Shown here: positions 1 to 12,861 of the stretch, one piece after another
How positions within the stretch are numbered: position 1 is the stretch's first letter
Layout: the number at the start of each line of letters is the position of its first letter
DNA from: Azolla caroliniana
Taxonomy: Eukaryota; Plantae; Polypodiophyta
NCBI GenBank assembly: GCA_043228905.1
Contig: JBHGNT010000001.1
Coordinates: 18,352,001 to 18,416,000 of the forward strand
Direction: 5' to 3'
DNA: 64,000 nucleotides
Made by a program: the position numbers and the translations under genes
The notes under the pieces: generated by a model
Database searches by the model: none
Told to the model about the DNA's origin: nothing
Seen by the model: the letters and a program-made list of their open reading frames with translations, nothing else

Positions 1-2142
1 ATTGATATAACGACTCTCGAGGCACCAACCACGGCACGACCTTTGTCCATAGCAAAGGACCTGAAGCCTACCGCAAGGTGAAGGGATTGGACCCCAAGTT
101 TTACCAACACCAAATCAATTTGGCAACGGATGTGAAAACAGTTGATTAGCGACACTACCGTATGATCAGGTTGGGGAGTCTTCGTGGCAGATTGGGGAGT
201 CTTTATGGCTGTCGTCCTGATGTTCGGGTTGAATACCGCCCTAACTATGTTCCAACGCATCATTGTTGAAATTTTTGGCGAGTTCATGCAAGTGTTTCTC
301 GATGAATTTGCGGTTTATGGAACGTGAGTGGATCATTTAGGGCATTTACGACTATGCTTGGAGCGATCTCGTCAAATGTGCGTTTGGGGTCACGAGCGGA
401 GCCCTTCTTGGGCACATAGTGAGCAAAGACGGTATCGCAGTGGATCCCGGAAAAAATAAAGCCATCGTGGAGGCTCCAACCCTATGTAATGCCAAAGCTC
501 TAAGCCGTTTCTTGGGGCTAATTCATTGGCACACCCACATGCTCCGCTATCTGGCGGGTTTCGCTATGCCATTACACGCACTCCTTTCAAGTGGACGGCA
601 ACAAAATATAAGGCATACTTAGCACTAAAAGTAATGCTTACATAGGCTCCACTCGTATAGCCTCCAGTCTGGACGAAGTCATTTCACGTGTTCGTGGATG
701 CATCCGACATAGCCATTGGGAGCCCACTCATGCAGGTAACTGAGCCGAACTAGTATCGGCTAGTGCACTACTCTAGCCGCAAATTAATGGACATCGAACA
801 TAATTACTCCACGACAGAGCGTGCAGCATTAGGAATGATACATAGCATTAACAAATTTTGGAATTATCGGGTTTCGCTATGCCATTACACATAGTGGTGC
901 ATCGCAATCCTTTCAAGTGGATGGCAATGAAATATAAGGCATACTTAGCACTAAAAGTAATGCTTACGCAGGCTCCAGTCGTACAGCCTCCAGTCTGGAC
1001 AAAGTCATTTCATGTGTTCGTGGATGCATCCGACATAGCCATCGGGAGCACACTCATGCAGCTAACTGAGTCGAACTAGTATCAGCTAGTGTACTACTTT
1101 AGCCGCAAATTAATGGACATGGAACGTAATTACTCCACGACAGAGCTTGAAGCATTAGGAATGATATATAACGTTAACAAATTTCAGCATTACCTAGTAG
1201 GCTGAAAGTTCACCTTTCAGGTTGATCACACGTTGATGCTGGCCCGGTGGATGCTACTCTTGCATGAGTTTGAGTTCGAAATACAACACTGGTTAGGGAA
1301 CCAACCGGATCGAAAATGGTGAAGAAGCGGTTGAAGGGCACGATGACTTTCCAGATACTGGAATCCTGCGTATTTCAGCAAGTGAGGCCGAAGAAGGCAC
1401 GCACTTCTCAGACAAATGGCTAAAGGAAATGACTTATTTCTTAAGTACATGGTTGCCACCTCCACGCTTGCATACACATGAAAAGAAACATTTGGCGGTT
1501 CGAAACTGGAACTTGTGCCTGCTCGAAGGAATATTGTACCATAAGGGAAGCGACGACATCTGGGGAAGGTGTGTATGCTAGGATGAAAAGAGTATGGTAT
1601 TAAGAGAAGCTTATTGCGGAATAGCAGGGCGTCACTACGCATGGGGAGCAACCACACGAAAGATATGGCAAGGAGGACTCTAGTGGCCAATGACAGAAAA
1701 GGACACCCACACGTATTGTAAAGAATGTGACCTATGTCAGCGAATGGGCCAACCAACAAAGTTAGCATGGATGCCCCATCAACCATTGCTACCACTCGAG
1801 CCATTCCAGAAATGGAGTCTGGATTTGGTCAGACCATTTACTCCAACCGGGGCACAAATAGGTAATAAGTATATCCTAGTGGCTACAAACTAATGTACGA
1901 AATGGGTCGAAGCAAAAGCATTACAAGATAACACGGAGGCATCCATGGCAAGATTCTTATACAAGCACATTTGGTGCCAAATTGGCTGCTATATAGAGCT
2001 AATGAATGACCAAGGAAGCCATTTCCTCAACATAGTAATTCACGAGCTCACCGACCATTACGTCGTAGTTCACATGAAAAGCACGTTGAACTATCCACAT
2101 GCCAATGGACTCGCGGAATCGATGAACAAAACGATCTCGAAC
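1..2142 (+). pseudogene. pol: X pol (RT, RNase H, integrase zinc finger and core), many stops/frameshifts
   Basis: ORF fragments 419-622, 858-1079, 1690-1893 (YCKECDLCQR...PFQKWSLDLV), 1945-2142. Confidence 0.9.
555..1195 (+). repeat. ~320-bp tandem duplication within X RNase H
   Basis: CGGGTTTCGCTATGCCATTACAC...GGATGCATCCGACATAGCC...TTAACAAATTT occurs at ~555-867 and again at ~868-1195. Confidence 0.85.
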
Positions 2143-2901
2143 TGTTGGGAGACAGGTCCCTCCAGATGGGAAGGGAGAAGATCAGTGCCGATGAACAAAC
2201 TCAGCCGAGGCCGAAACCGGATGAGGAGGACCCGGATACGGAGAGCCGGATGGTGCAGGCCCGGTATGAACCGGATGAGGAGTACCCGGCTACGGAGAGC
2301 CGGATGGTGCAGGCCCGTTATGAACCGGATGAGGAGTACCCGGCTACGGAGAGCCGGATGGTGCAGGCCCGGTATGAACCGGATGAGGAGTACTCGGCTA
2401 CGGAGAGCCGGATGGTACAGGCCCGGTATGAACCGGATGAAGAGACATATTCGTAAATATGTTTCTGAGAGCCCATCGAGGCTACTTTTGTAAATAGCCG
2501 AAAAGTCATATTAGTATAAATATGATTTAGGGCAAACTTTTAAAATGGTTGGTTGTTGTCATTCTTCCTTGTTGGTGCAAGAAGAAGAGAGAGCATGCAA
2601 TAGTGTACAGAGAGAGAGAGAGAGAAAGAGGCCGTTGCCTCTGTTGTAACCGCCCTCTGTGGCGAAGATCATGAGCACGAGGTCGTTGCCTCCGTGAACT
2701 CACTGTTGTACATTCTTACATAGTGACAATTTGCAGCCCGTGGGCTGCCGTGGTTTTTTCCCCTAGTTTGGGGATTTCCACGTAAACCTCCTGTGTACTC
2801 TTTCTCCTCTTTGTGTCGTGTTCTATTTCTCGTTTACTGTGTATGAAAAGAATCTCGGTTGTGTCTGAGCGTTGCGCATAAGGAACGTTGGGTTCCCGTC
2901 A
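2143..2901 (+). repeat. A 5' LTR (759 bp) with 54-bp tandem array at ~2241-2440
   Basis: Direct repeat of 6989-7692; TATAAA at ~2515 followed by (GA)n. Confidence 0.95.
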
Positions 2902-2903
2902 AG

Positions 2904-2915
2904 TGGTATCAGAGC
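2904..2915 (+). promoter_or_regulatory. PBS, tRNA-iMet
   Basis: TGGTATCAGAGC 2 nt after LTR end. Confidence 0.95.
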
Positions 2916-2930
2916 AAAATGACACAGAAA

Positions 2931-5900
2931 ATGGACGAATCGTTTGGCGGCATGTTCAAGCTCACCGGCTCCAACTACTCAGTGTGGAAGTCGAAGATGA
3001 GGGACATGCTCATTGTTAAAGACCTCTGGCTGCCGGTTCAGTTCGGGGACAAGAGACCGGACAAAATCGACGCCGCGATGTGGGAGGTGATGCACATGAA
3101 GACAACGGCGTACATACGGTGCTTCATCGACATGATCCTTTACAACAACTTTAATGAAGAGAGCAAGGCTCATGAGCTATGGGAGAAGATCGGCATAATG
3201 TTCCAAAACAAAAATGTTGTTAACCAGGTTTCGGTATTCCGGAAGCTAGTAAGACTCCGGTACCAAGATGGCTCCAGCATGGCGGAGCACATGAATGCCT
3301 TCCAGGGGCTGATACACCAGGCAACGTCATTGGAAGTACCTCTTGCCGATGAGGTACTAGCGCTACTCCTGCTCGGTTCCCTCCCGGATAGCTGGGAGAC
3401 GTTGGTTGTCACTTTGGGCAACACCGGGCCGGAATGAAAACGGTTATCCCTAGCAAGAGTAAAGTCGAGCTTGCTAGATGAGGAGGCGCGTCGGAAGGAT
3501 AAAGATACGAGCTCCGACTCCAAAGCGCTCCTTACCGAATCGGAACGCGGAAGACATAGAAACCGTAGTCCCCAAAACCGGGAGAAGTCGGGGACACGGT
3601 CAAAGTCAAGGGGGAGGCCCACTTGCTTCTACTGCGGCAAGCCGGGTCACTTCCAAAAGAACTGTCGGCATTTCCGTAAAGACAAGGAAACCGACGGTAC
3701 CGATTCGAAGCAAACCCCGGACCGGAACGGTAAAGACCGGAGGGGGCCGGACCGGAAGGGAACGACGACAATCGCGGCAAGTGAAGAGGAGTTGATGCTC
3801 ATCACCGAGGAGAGTGAAATAAACCTTGCCGGCGACGAGATGACCTGGGTGATAGACTCCGGAGCGTCGTTCCACCGTACCCCGGACCGGAAATGCTTCT
3901 CATCCTACTCAGCCGGTGATCATGGCTGTGTCTGGATGGGAAATGAAGGGACATGCCGAATTGTCGGCATAGGAGACGTGTGGCTGACAACACCAACCGG
4001 ATGCAAGTTGCTGCTGAAGGATGTCCGACACGTTCCGGAAGTTCGTCTGAAACCTAATATCAGCCGGTCGGCTAGATGATGAAGGCTACATGGGTAGCAT
4101 CCGGAACGGTGTCATGAAGTTCAGCAAAGGGAGCCTGATTGTGGCTCGGGCCCGGAAGGTAAACAAATTGTAACTGATGAATGCCCGGTTATGTCCGGAA
4201 GAAGTGAACATGGCATCCGACACTGCCGGTGAGCTGTGGCACAAAAGGTTGTGTCATATGAGCGAGAAGGGGATGAAGAGGCTTGCAGACGAGAACCTCA
4301 TTCCATTGAAGAACGTGCACTTGGAGAAGTGCACTGATTGTCTGGCCGGTAAGCAGAACCGGACCTCCTTTCGATCAAGGCCACCGATGAGACGCAATGC
4401 ACCACTGGAGTTGGTGCATACGGATGTGTGTCAAGTAGACACGAAGTCATATGCCGGAGCGCAATACTTCGTGACGTTCATAGATGACCACAGCCGGAAG
4501 CTGTGGGCCACACCGTTGAAGACGAAGGATCAGGTGCTATCCGTCTTCAAAGAGCTCCATGCGAGAGTGGAAAGAGAAACCGGCCGGAAGCTGAAGGCGG
4601 TTCGAGCAGATAACGGAGGAGAGTACCGGGGGCAGTTCGAGGATTACTGCCGCTCGAAGGGAATCCGGCTCGAATTTACCGTGCCGGATACGCCGGAACT
4701 AAACGTACTGGCTGAGAGGATGAACCAAACCATAATGGAGAGGGTCCGGAGTATGCTAGCGCATGCAAAACTACCCAAGAAGTTTTGGGCTGAGGCACTG
4801 TCGACGGCGACATATGTGATTAATAGATCACCCTCAGTACCCTTGGACGGAGACACGCCACAGAGAGTGTGGACCGGTAAGGAAGTATCCTACCGGCATC
4901 TGAAGGTGTTCGGGTGTCTCGCGTCCGTGCATGTAGCTAAGGACCGGAGAGGAAAGCTAGATCCAAAGACCCGGCCATGCATATTCCTCGGTTACGGTGA
5001 CGATGAGTTCGGCTACCGAGTGTGGGACCCGGTCGACAAGAAGGTATTCCGGAGTCGAGATATTATCTTCATGGAGAACAAGATGCTCGCCGACTGGGAG
5101 TCGAAGAAGAAGATAATGAACTCCGAGTCAACTGGTAAGGATAGACTCTACGATGAGCAGACCCAACCGGCAAGAGACTGGTTTGCACTCGAGGAACCAG
5201 CCGGTTACGGTGAGGATACCGAACCGGTAGAAGAAGAAGTAGAGGAAGCTGAAACCGGAACCAGCCAAGAGCCCGAATCGGATTCGGATGAAGAGCAAAT
5301 GGAGGAGCCAGATACCGAAGCCCGAAGACGTAGATATCCTCTCAGAGAGAGAAGGGACCCCCGGAGATTTCTGGATGCAGAGCATGTGCTGCTGACTGAT
5401 GAGGGGGTGTCGGAAAGCTTCGAAGAAGTGAAGGAAGACACCCACAACCGAAAATGGTTAAGTGCCATGCAGGACAAGATGGATTCCCTGCATGAGAACC
5501 ATACATACGAACTGGTGGAGTTGCCGAAAGGAAAGCGGGCACTCCGAAACAGGTGGGTGTACAAGTTGAAACCGGGAGATGCCGCCAACCCCCCGAGATA
5601 CAAAGCCAGGATCGTGGTGAAGGAGTTCCAGCAGAAGAAGGGCGTGGACTTCGACGAGATATTTGCCCCGGTAGTAAAGATGACCTCCATCCGGACGGTG
5701 CTGAGTATAGTAGCAAGCTTGGACCTCGAGGTAGAGCAGCTGGACGTGAAGACGACATTCCTTCACGGCGACCTCGAAGAGGAGATCTACATGCAGCAAC
5801 CGGAAGGATTCGTGGAGAAAGGGAAGGAGCACCTGGTATGCCAGTTGAAGAAGAGCCTGTACAGATTGAAGCGGGCTCCCCGACAATGGTACCGGAAGTT

Positions 5901-6978
5901 CGACTCCTTCATGACCAATCAAGGGTACCACAAGATGTAGGCCGATCACTGCGTGTTTGTGAAGAAGTTCGAAGGAGGCGACTTCCTGATACTCCTTCTA
6001 TACGTGGATGACATGTTGATCGTCGGACGGAACCAAGTCAAAATACGGATGCTGAAGAAGGCTCCCAACCGGACCTTCTCAATGAAAGACTTGGGTCCGG
6101 CAAGACAGATGTTGGGGATGCACATCATTCGGGACCGGTCAGTGAAGCAATTATGGCTGTCACAAGAGAAGTATGTGACAAAGGTGCTTCACCAGTTCAA
6201 CATGTTAGATGCAAAACCGGTCGTATCGACACTTCCGGCAAACTGCAAGCTGTCCGGCAAGCAAAGCCCGAAGACGAAAGGAGAGAAGGCAGATATGATG
6301 AAGATTTCATATGCCTCTGCCGTCGGGAGCTTGATGTACGCAATGGTTTGTACCCGACCGGACATTGGATACGCAGTCGGAGTGGTGAGCCGGTTTATGA
6401 GCAATCCCGGCAAGGAGCACTGGAACACGGTCAAGTGGATACTCCGGTATTTGAAGGGCACTTCAAATATGTGTCTCCGATTCGGCTCCGGAAAACCTCA
6501 ACTGGACAGTTTCACCGATTCGGACATGTCGGCTGATGTGGATACCAGCCGGTCTACATCCGGGTATGTGATGACATATGTAGGGAGAGCTGTTTCGTGG
6601 CAGTCGAGGCTGCAGAAGACGGTTGCATTGTCAACCACAGAGGCGGAGTACATGGCGGCTGTGGAAGCCGGCAAGGAAATATTATGGATGAAGGACTTCA
6701 TCGGAGAGCTCGGTATCCGGCAAGAGGAATACCGACTCCATTGCGACAGTCAAAGTGCCATCCACCTTGCTATGAATGCGGCCTACCATTCCCGGACGAA
6801 GCATATCCAGCGGAGGTATCACTGGATCCGGGAAAGAGTAGATGACCAGGAGTTCGCACTGACGAAGATCCACACGGCCGAGAACGGTTCAGATATGCTG
6901 ACCAAAGTGCTGACACCCGACAAGCTGGACGCATGCCGGAAGAGGATCGTTCTGGTAAGACAACCCATGCCGGAGTGA
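2931..6978 (+). pseudogene. gag-pol: A gag-pol polyprotein, disrupted (stop ~3435, frameshift ~4050, stop 5938)
   Basis: Zn knuckle CFYCGKPGHFQKNC, protease WVIDSGASFH, INT LELVHTDVC/RADNGGEY, RT LLYVDDML, RNase H FTDSD...HSRTKHI. Confidence 0.95.
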
Positions 6979-6986
6979 AGGGGGAG
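6978..6986 (+). promoter_or_regulatory. A polypurine tract
   Basis: AAGGGGGAG 2 nt before 3' LTR. Confidence 0.9.
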
Positions 6987-6988
6987 TT

Positions 6989-7692
6989 TGTTGGGAGACA
7001 AGTCCCTCCGGATGGGATGGGAGAAGATCAGTGCCGATGAACAAACTCGGCCGAGGCCGAAACCGGATGAGGAGGACCCGGATACGGACCGGATGGTGCA
7101 GGCCCGGTATGAACCGGATGAGGAGTACCCGTCTATGGAGAGCCGGATGGTGCAGGCCCGGTATGAACCGGATGAGGAGTACTCGGCTACGGAGAGCCGG
7201 ATGGTACAGGCCCGGTATGAACCGGATGAAGAGACATATTCGTAAATATGTTTCTGAGAGCCCATCGAGGCTACTTTTGTAAATAGCCGAAAAGTCATAT
7301 TAGTATAAATATGATTTAGGGCAAACTTTTAGAATGGTTGGTTGTTTTCATTCTTCCTTGTTGGTGCAAGAAGAAGAGAGAGCACGCAATAGTGTACAGA
7401 GAGAGAGAGAGAGAGAAAGAGGTCGTTGCCTCTGTTGGAACCGCCGTCTGTGGCGAAGATCATGAGCACGAGGTCGTTGCCTCCGTGAACTCACTGTTGT
7501 ACATTCTTACATAGTGACAGTTTGCAGCCCGTGGGCTGCCGTGGTTTTTTCCCCTAGTTTGGGGTTTTCCACGTAAACGTCCTGTGTACTCTTTCTCCTC
7601 TTTGTGTCGTGTTCTATTTCCCGTTTTCTGTGTATGAAAAGAATCTCGGTTGTGGCTGAGCGTTGCGCATAAGGAACGTTGGGTTCCCGTCA
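6989..7692 (+). repeat. A 3' LTR (704 bp)
   Basis: Matches 5' LTR but has one fewer 54-bp unit. Confidence 0.95.
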
Positions 7693-8142
7693 CGAACGTC
7701 CTAAAGGAAATCGTCAACGACAACCACATGGATTGGAACACTAAACTACACAGTGTCCTATGGGCATACCACACTAGTTTCAAGACCAATATCCCATCGA
7801 CTGCATTTCGGCTTCCAACGGAAGGCGTTCGTGGATCGGCACCCCAACACTAACGAGAAATGGTTTAAAGTTGGAAAAGTTTTCCTAGTGTTCCAAACAC
7901 GCATGGGACAGATGCCAGGTAAACTACGATTCAAATGGACCGGACCTTATTGGCTTATAGGCATCGAAAATGGGAGATTCGAGCTAGGCACTCTTGCAGG
8001 AGAAGTATTACGCCAAAAGGTCAACAGGTTTCGGCTGAAGCCGTATTGGGGCCCTATACCATTGAACCCTTTTCGAGTCAATGCAAAAAACAGACCCACT
8101 TCCATGATGGCTACCGAGCAGAATGGTCACAAGCCACATTAA
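7693..8142 (+). pseudogene. pol: X integrase C-terminal part
   Basis: DWNTKLHSVLWAYHT; FQTRMGQMPGKLRFKWTGPYW...VNRFRLKPY. Confidence 0.9.
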
Positions 8143-9838
8143 ACACAACCCTACTAGTAAAAATGTAACATTAGTGTACTATAAGGACAGTCATAACCAT
8201 TAAGCCACGACTATTTAAGAGGTTACATGCAGATGCAACATCCAAGAAAAGAAGTACACACGTCCACACAATGGCTCCCCGAATCTTGAACCCTAAATTT
8301 TGATTCTCACAAAAAGAGGAATCATGCAAGTTCTTTGCGCATTAAAGAAAACTCTTAGCTCCCTTCGCTCACCGCGTTATCATAGAAGTTATGTCGCTCG
8401 AACCGTGCCTTGAACTCGTTCCTCTTGTTCCCCTCACTCCTCTCAACCCATCTCTGAAGACATCATCGGCATGAAGATGGACATCATCTCAGCTCTGCGG
8501 TGATGGCTTCACGACAAGCCTAGACTCGCACGCAGGCTACACCTAGGTAGCAGAAGCGCCACCCCACCCAAACTCGCAAGACATCACAATATTGATACAT
8601 CACAAATGTCAGCATTAGGAAGAAGTTGGGCTTGTCTGGGAGTGGAGAACGCCACTTCAAGATCCCTCTAGGACGGGCTCTTGAGTGTTACTTTGGGGAG
8701 TAGTCTATCTCCGCCAATTACGCTTATAGGGCGAAGGATGTGCTAGATCCTTTCATTCACGAACTTGCGAAGTTTTTACTAGAAGTGGGGTGCGTGCATA
8801 CTAATGCGTATGGGTTGCCGAAATAAAAAGCGACCATCGTCATCGCAACGTTCGAGGGGCAGGCCATAGATTGGGGAGTCATAACTGGGCCGGTTCCACG
8901 CCGGGAAGAAACTTCGCCCCATCATCCAATAGTATTTGAAAATATCATTTTTTCCCTAGGCCCCCCGTCACCCCTCACACAGCCCAACTTGCAATCACGC
9001 CATGACCATCAAAACGCAAGCTCGCCGAACTTGCCACGACCGAGTGGGAGGATGAAGACAGTTCGCAAGGATTGGAACCCGTCGCTTTGCAAGCTGAACA
9101 GCAGCCTAACCCCACCTTGCGAGTCCAACCACGACCTACTACAGATACACACACCAAACAAGAGTAGCCTCCATGAAGCCTGAACCTCAAAATCCAAACG
9201 TAGAAGGCAAGATAGAAAGGGTGGTCGTAGGCTTGTCAAAGACACAGCCCGAAGAACTGAGACAACATTGGAATTGATTCCACAATTACAGCCAATCCTG
9301 ACCGAACAATCGCAACGTGGTAAGGGCGTGCTAACATCCGAGGTGGAAGTGTTGTCGTACCCGGACTTTCCGGACACAACCCACAATTTGGTGCTCTATT
9401 CCAATTTGGCACCACCTTCGCACTGATTGAGCTCTTGGCCACCCAACAAATTAAGGTGTTGCAGCACATGGCGGAGGAGCACACCGAACGCGAGATGATT
9501 GAGCGTGCACTAACATATACAACAATGTTGAGCGGCAAGCTCAACCGGATCTAGATCAGCTAAATAAGCCTGGCCGGATCGGCATCCAGAAGGATGAGCT
9601 GGTGAGCAAGTGGGTTGGTGAGCTACGCAGCCGGTTAGCCGGATCCATCAGTAATTGGAAGCCTAGTAGCAGACTAGACTACTAGGTAGTTAATGTATCG
9701 TAGTTAGTGTCAGACGCTCGTGTGAGCATTGAAGTACACCATACTTCTGTTAGTCCGTATGGACTTGTATAAAAGTGTTCACGGAACACATACAATGTAT
9801 AGAGTATTACAGAGAATTGTTATTTTTTAATAGAGTCT

Positions 9839-9878
<40 letters not shown>

Positions 9879-10047
9879 GCGTATTGTGTATATTCAAGCT
9901 CTCCATTAAAGCTACGTATTTTCTGTGTTCGGTTTTCTATTGCTTCCGCACGCTATTCTTTAGATCGTACCAGAGCGTGAGGGTTGAGAACCTCTGCAGC
10001 CGACATAGCTTGAAAGGAAGACCAACCAAGAAGAACAGGTAAAACCG

Positions 10048-11030
10048 ATGGATAGAGGCATGGCTAGCTCGCTTCCGACATAGAAGCACGACAGAAACAA
10101 CTACACGTCTTGGTACTACAAGATGAACCAATACATGCTCGGGCACGGTTATTGGAGCTATGTTGACGGAGCAAATGGCACAGCACCCGAATCGACACAC
10201 AGAGATTTCCCGGTGTGGGAACAGTCGGCGAGCAGAGTATTGTATTGCTTCGCGTCTTCTGTGGGCGAACAGCTCCTAAGCTACATTTAGGATGCAAAAA
10301 GCCAAAAGATGTTTGGGGAAATCTGAAGAAGATTTTCACCGCAAGCACTACAGCCACGAAGCTTCAACTCCGATCGGAGCTGAGCAACCTACGACAACGT
10401 GACTTGTCGGTGGCAGACTACACCTCCAAAATCAAGGACATTTGCGACTCTCTGGCCTCCATCGATGTGAATATCAAAGAAGCCGATATGTTGCAAACCT
10501 GTCTCGGAGGTTTGGCGCCAAAGTTCGGAGCGTTCCGAACTATTGTGTGTACAAGGGAGAATACATCGTCATTTTTCGACTTACAGTCAATGCTCCTTGT
10601 GGAGGAAAACCACGCCAGTGCATCAACAAGTGGACCCACCGACATCCGGATGCTGTACATGAAGGCAGATCGTCCCTATGGGCGTGGTGGACGAGGCGGG
10701 TCGGCTCACAATTGTAGCGGCCGGCAAGAGTAGGATCGAAGGCACAGAGAACGTGCCTACATCAGTTCCGGACCCTCCACAAGTAGGGGGAGTCAAGGCG
10801 GCACCGGAGGCCGGCAAGCAAAGGCCGACACGGAATGTTGGTACTGTGGTAAAAAGTGCCACAGAGAAAGTGAGTGTTGGAAGCAGCGCGCCGATTCGGA
10901 CAGATCCAGATCCGGCAAAGCCGGTAGAGAGAACTGGCAATACTCGCACTACGCAAAAGGATCGGGAGGATCCAAAACCGGAAAAGCCAGTAAAAGGCCA
11001 GCCTTGGTGTTGAAACACGAGGCTAACTCG
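10048..11030 (+). pseudogene. gag: B gag (frameshifted)
   Basis: MDRGMASSLPT...NYTSWYYKMNQY; QLRSELSNLRQRDLSVADYTSKIK; Zn knuckle ECWYCGKKCHRESECW. Confidence 0.85.
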
Positions 11031-11649
11031 ATGAGCAAAAGGGGTATAAGTGTTATAACCCCCGGACGAAGCAGGTCTAAGTTAGCAGGGATGTTGAGTT
11101 TGATGAGGCGACATCTTGGTATGCTTTACCAGCTCCGACTTCCGACCCCAACCCGATACTAGAGGATGAGGCTAGTGAGCCTAAACCAGTTCAGATTGCA
11201 GATGAAGACCTCGACACTCTAGAACTGATTTCATTTCGGTTAAGTGGACCGAATGAGCAGTTGAGTCGGGATGACCAATCAGATGAGGAACCGGCGAGTA
11301 ATGGAGACTCTCCCATGCTCTCCCCACGCAAGGAATCGAGGAGACGGTTCACGCACAAAGAGAAGGGGAAGACAAAGATGCCGGAATACAAAACCAACAA
11401 TGTTGAGTCGGATTGGGGCGAATCCGACTCCGGAAAGGATGAAGCTGGATCTTTGAGATTGAAGTCTGAACCGGACAAGAAGGGCCTCAAACTGGGTAAT
11501 GATAAGTTACGTCGGTCTTCCAGCCAGAAGAACCCCGTGAAGTGGTAGGGGTACAATGAGTAAAATGAGTACATGGTGCATCACTATGCGTACATGACCA
11601 AGGTGGCGGAAGTGCGTGAGCCGGAGAGCTACGCAGAAGCAGCAAGGGA

Positions 11650-12861
11650 TGCAAGCGACATTAGTTATCGAGTTGGCATGATCAGCCAATATATGCAAAA
11701 GCCGACCGTGGAGCACCTTCTATGCACGCATCGAATTTTGCGATATGTGAGCGGCATGAAGGAACGGGGATTGTTATACCGGCATGGTATAACCGAAGAG
11801 CTAGTCGGCTACACCAATGCCAACTGGGCCGACGATGCATCGGATCGTCGATCCACCTCCGGCTATATGTTTTCGAGCACTGCGGCTAAATACCGGGGCG
11901 CTACCATTGCCACTTGTGAAGCCATTTGGCTTCGGCGACTGTTGCAAGACCTGCGGATTGAGGTGCCAACCCCAATCCTAATCTACTGCGACAACATAAG
12001 TAGCATGCAGCTCGCCAAGAACCCCGTGTTCCATGCTCGGACAAATCACAAGAAGTGCATTACCACTTCGTGCGTGAGCGGGTCCTGAGCAGTGAAGTCG
12101 AACTTTGGTATGTTCATACGGATCGGCAAGTTGCCGACATCTTCACGAAGCTGCTAAGCTCGAACAAGTTGCAGCACTTCACCGAAATGCTTGGTGTTCA
12201 GCATCTCGATGTGCCACACTTGAGGGGGAGAACAGGCAAAGACACCAGAACGGGAACATGCAAAGAAACTGTCGATTGCGCCGGTGAGGGAAGAACCGAC
12301 AGAGGGAGAGACAAGAAGAAGAAAGGAGCCGAGTCGACAAAGGAAGTTGACACATCCGAACAAGTCGGAACAAGCGGTAGCGGTGGCAGAGTCAAGAAGG
12401 ACAGAGCCGACGGGAAGCAGAAGGCCAAGACCCAGACATGGTTCGATGTGGTGAAGGGCCTAGAACCGGAAGACGAATTGGGAGTGACCGATTCGGACAA
12501 GAGCTGGAACAAATCAGAGACAGTTGATTCGGTTCAACAGACGAATTCGGAAGAACCGGATCAACTAAAGGCCAAGCGAACGAGAAGGCAGTGGAAGTCG
12601 ACGCCAACACGAAAGAACCGGCGGGTTGACAAGGGCCAAAGTCACAACAACGAGGGAGTTGAATTGGGCCTTTTGAGCAAACAAGCCGACCGAGGAGGTC
12701 GAGGTGCCCAGAACCAGAGGATTCGCGGCAAATGGGACCGGACCGGACGAGGAGCACGAGTGAGGCGAAGTGACGCCAGAAGGAGTCGGGTGGAAGTACC
12801 AACTACCATGGAGACTGACACTACGATCCGACCTCAAGTTGAACTTGAGGGGGAGTGTTGA
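11650..12861 (+). pseudogene. pol: B RNase H plus ~200-aa charged C-terminal extension running into the 3' LTR
   Basis: YCDNISSMQLAKNPVFHART, HYHFVRERV...QVADIFTK, then open to PQVELEGEC*. Confidence 0.85.

Larger units (their letters stand above)
2143..7692 (+). mobile_element. Element A: full-length Ty1/copia (Tnt1/Tork-like) LTR retrotransposon inserted in X integrase
   Basis: TG..CA LTRs, 5-bp TSD CGAAC (2138-2142, 7693-7697), iMet PBS, PPT, order gag-PR-INT-RT-RH. Confidence 0.96.

Noticed and set aside
2145-2493. Repetitive ORFs (ESRMVQARYEPDEEYPAT)n and (RRAGWCRPGMNRMRSTRL)n
   Set aside because: They are translations of the 54-bp LTR array; they stay open because the unit length is a multiple of 3. 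No evidence of protein function.
5938-5945. Programmed stop-codon readthrough in RT
   Set aside because: G has CAG here and the context is not a CARYYA-type signal; deamination is the simpler explanation.
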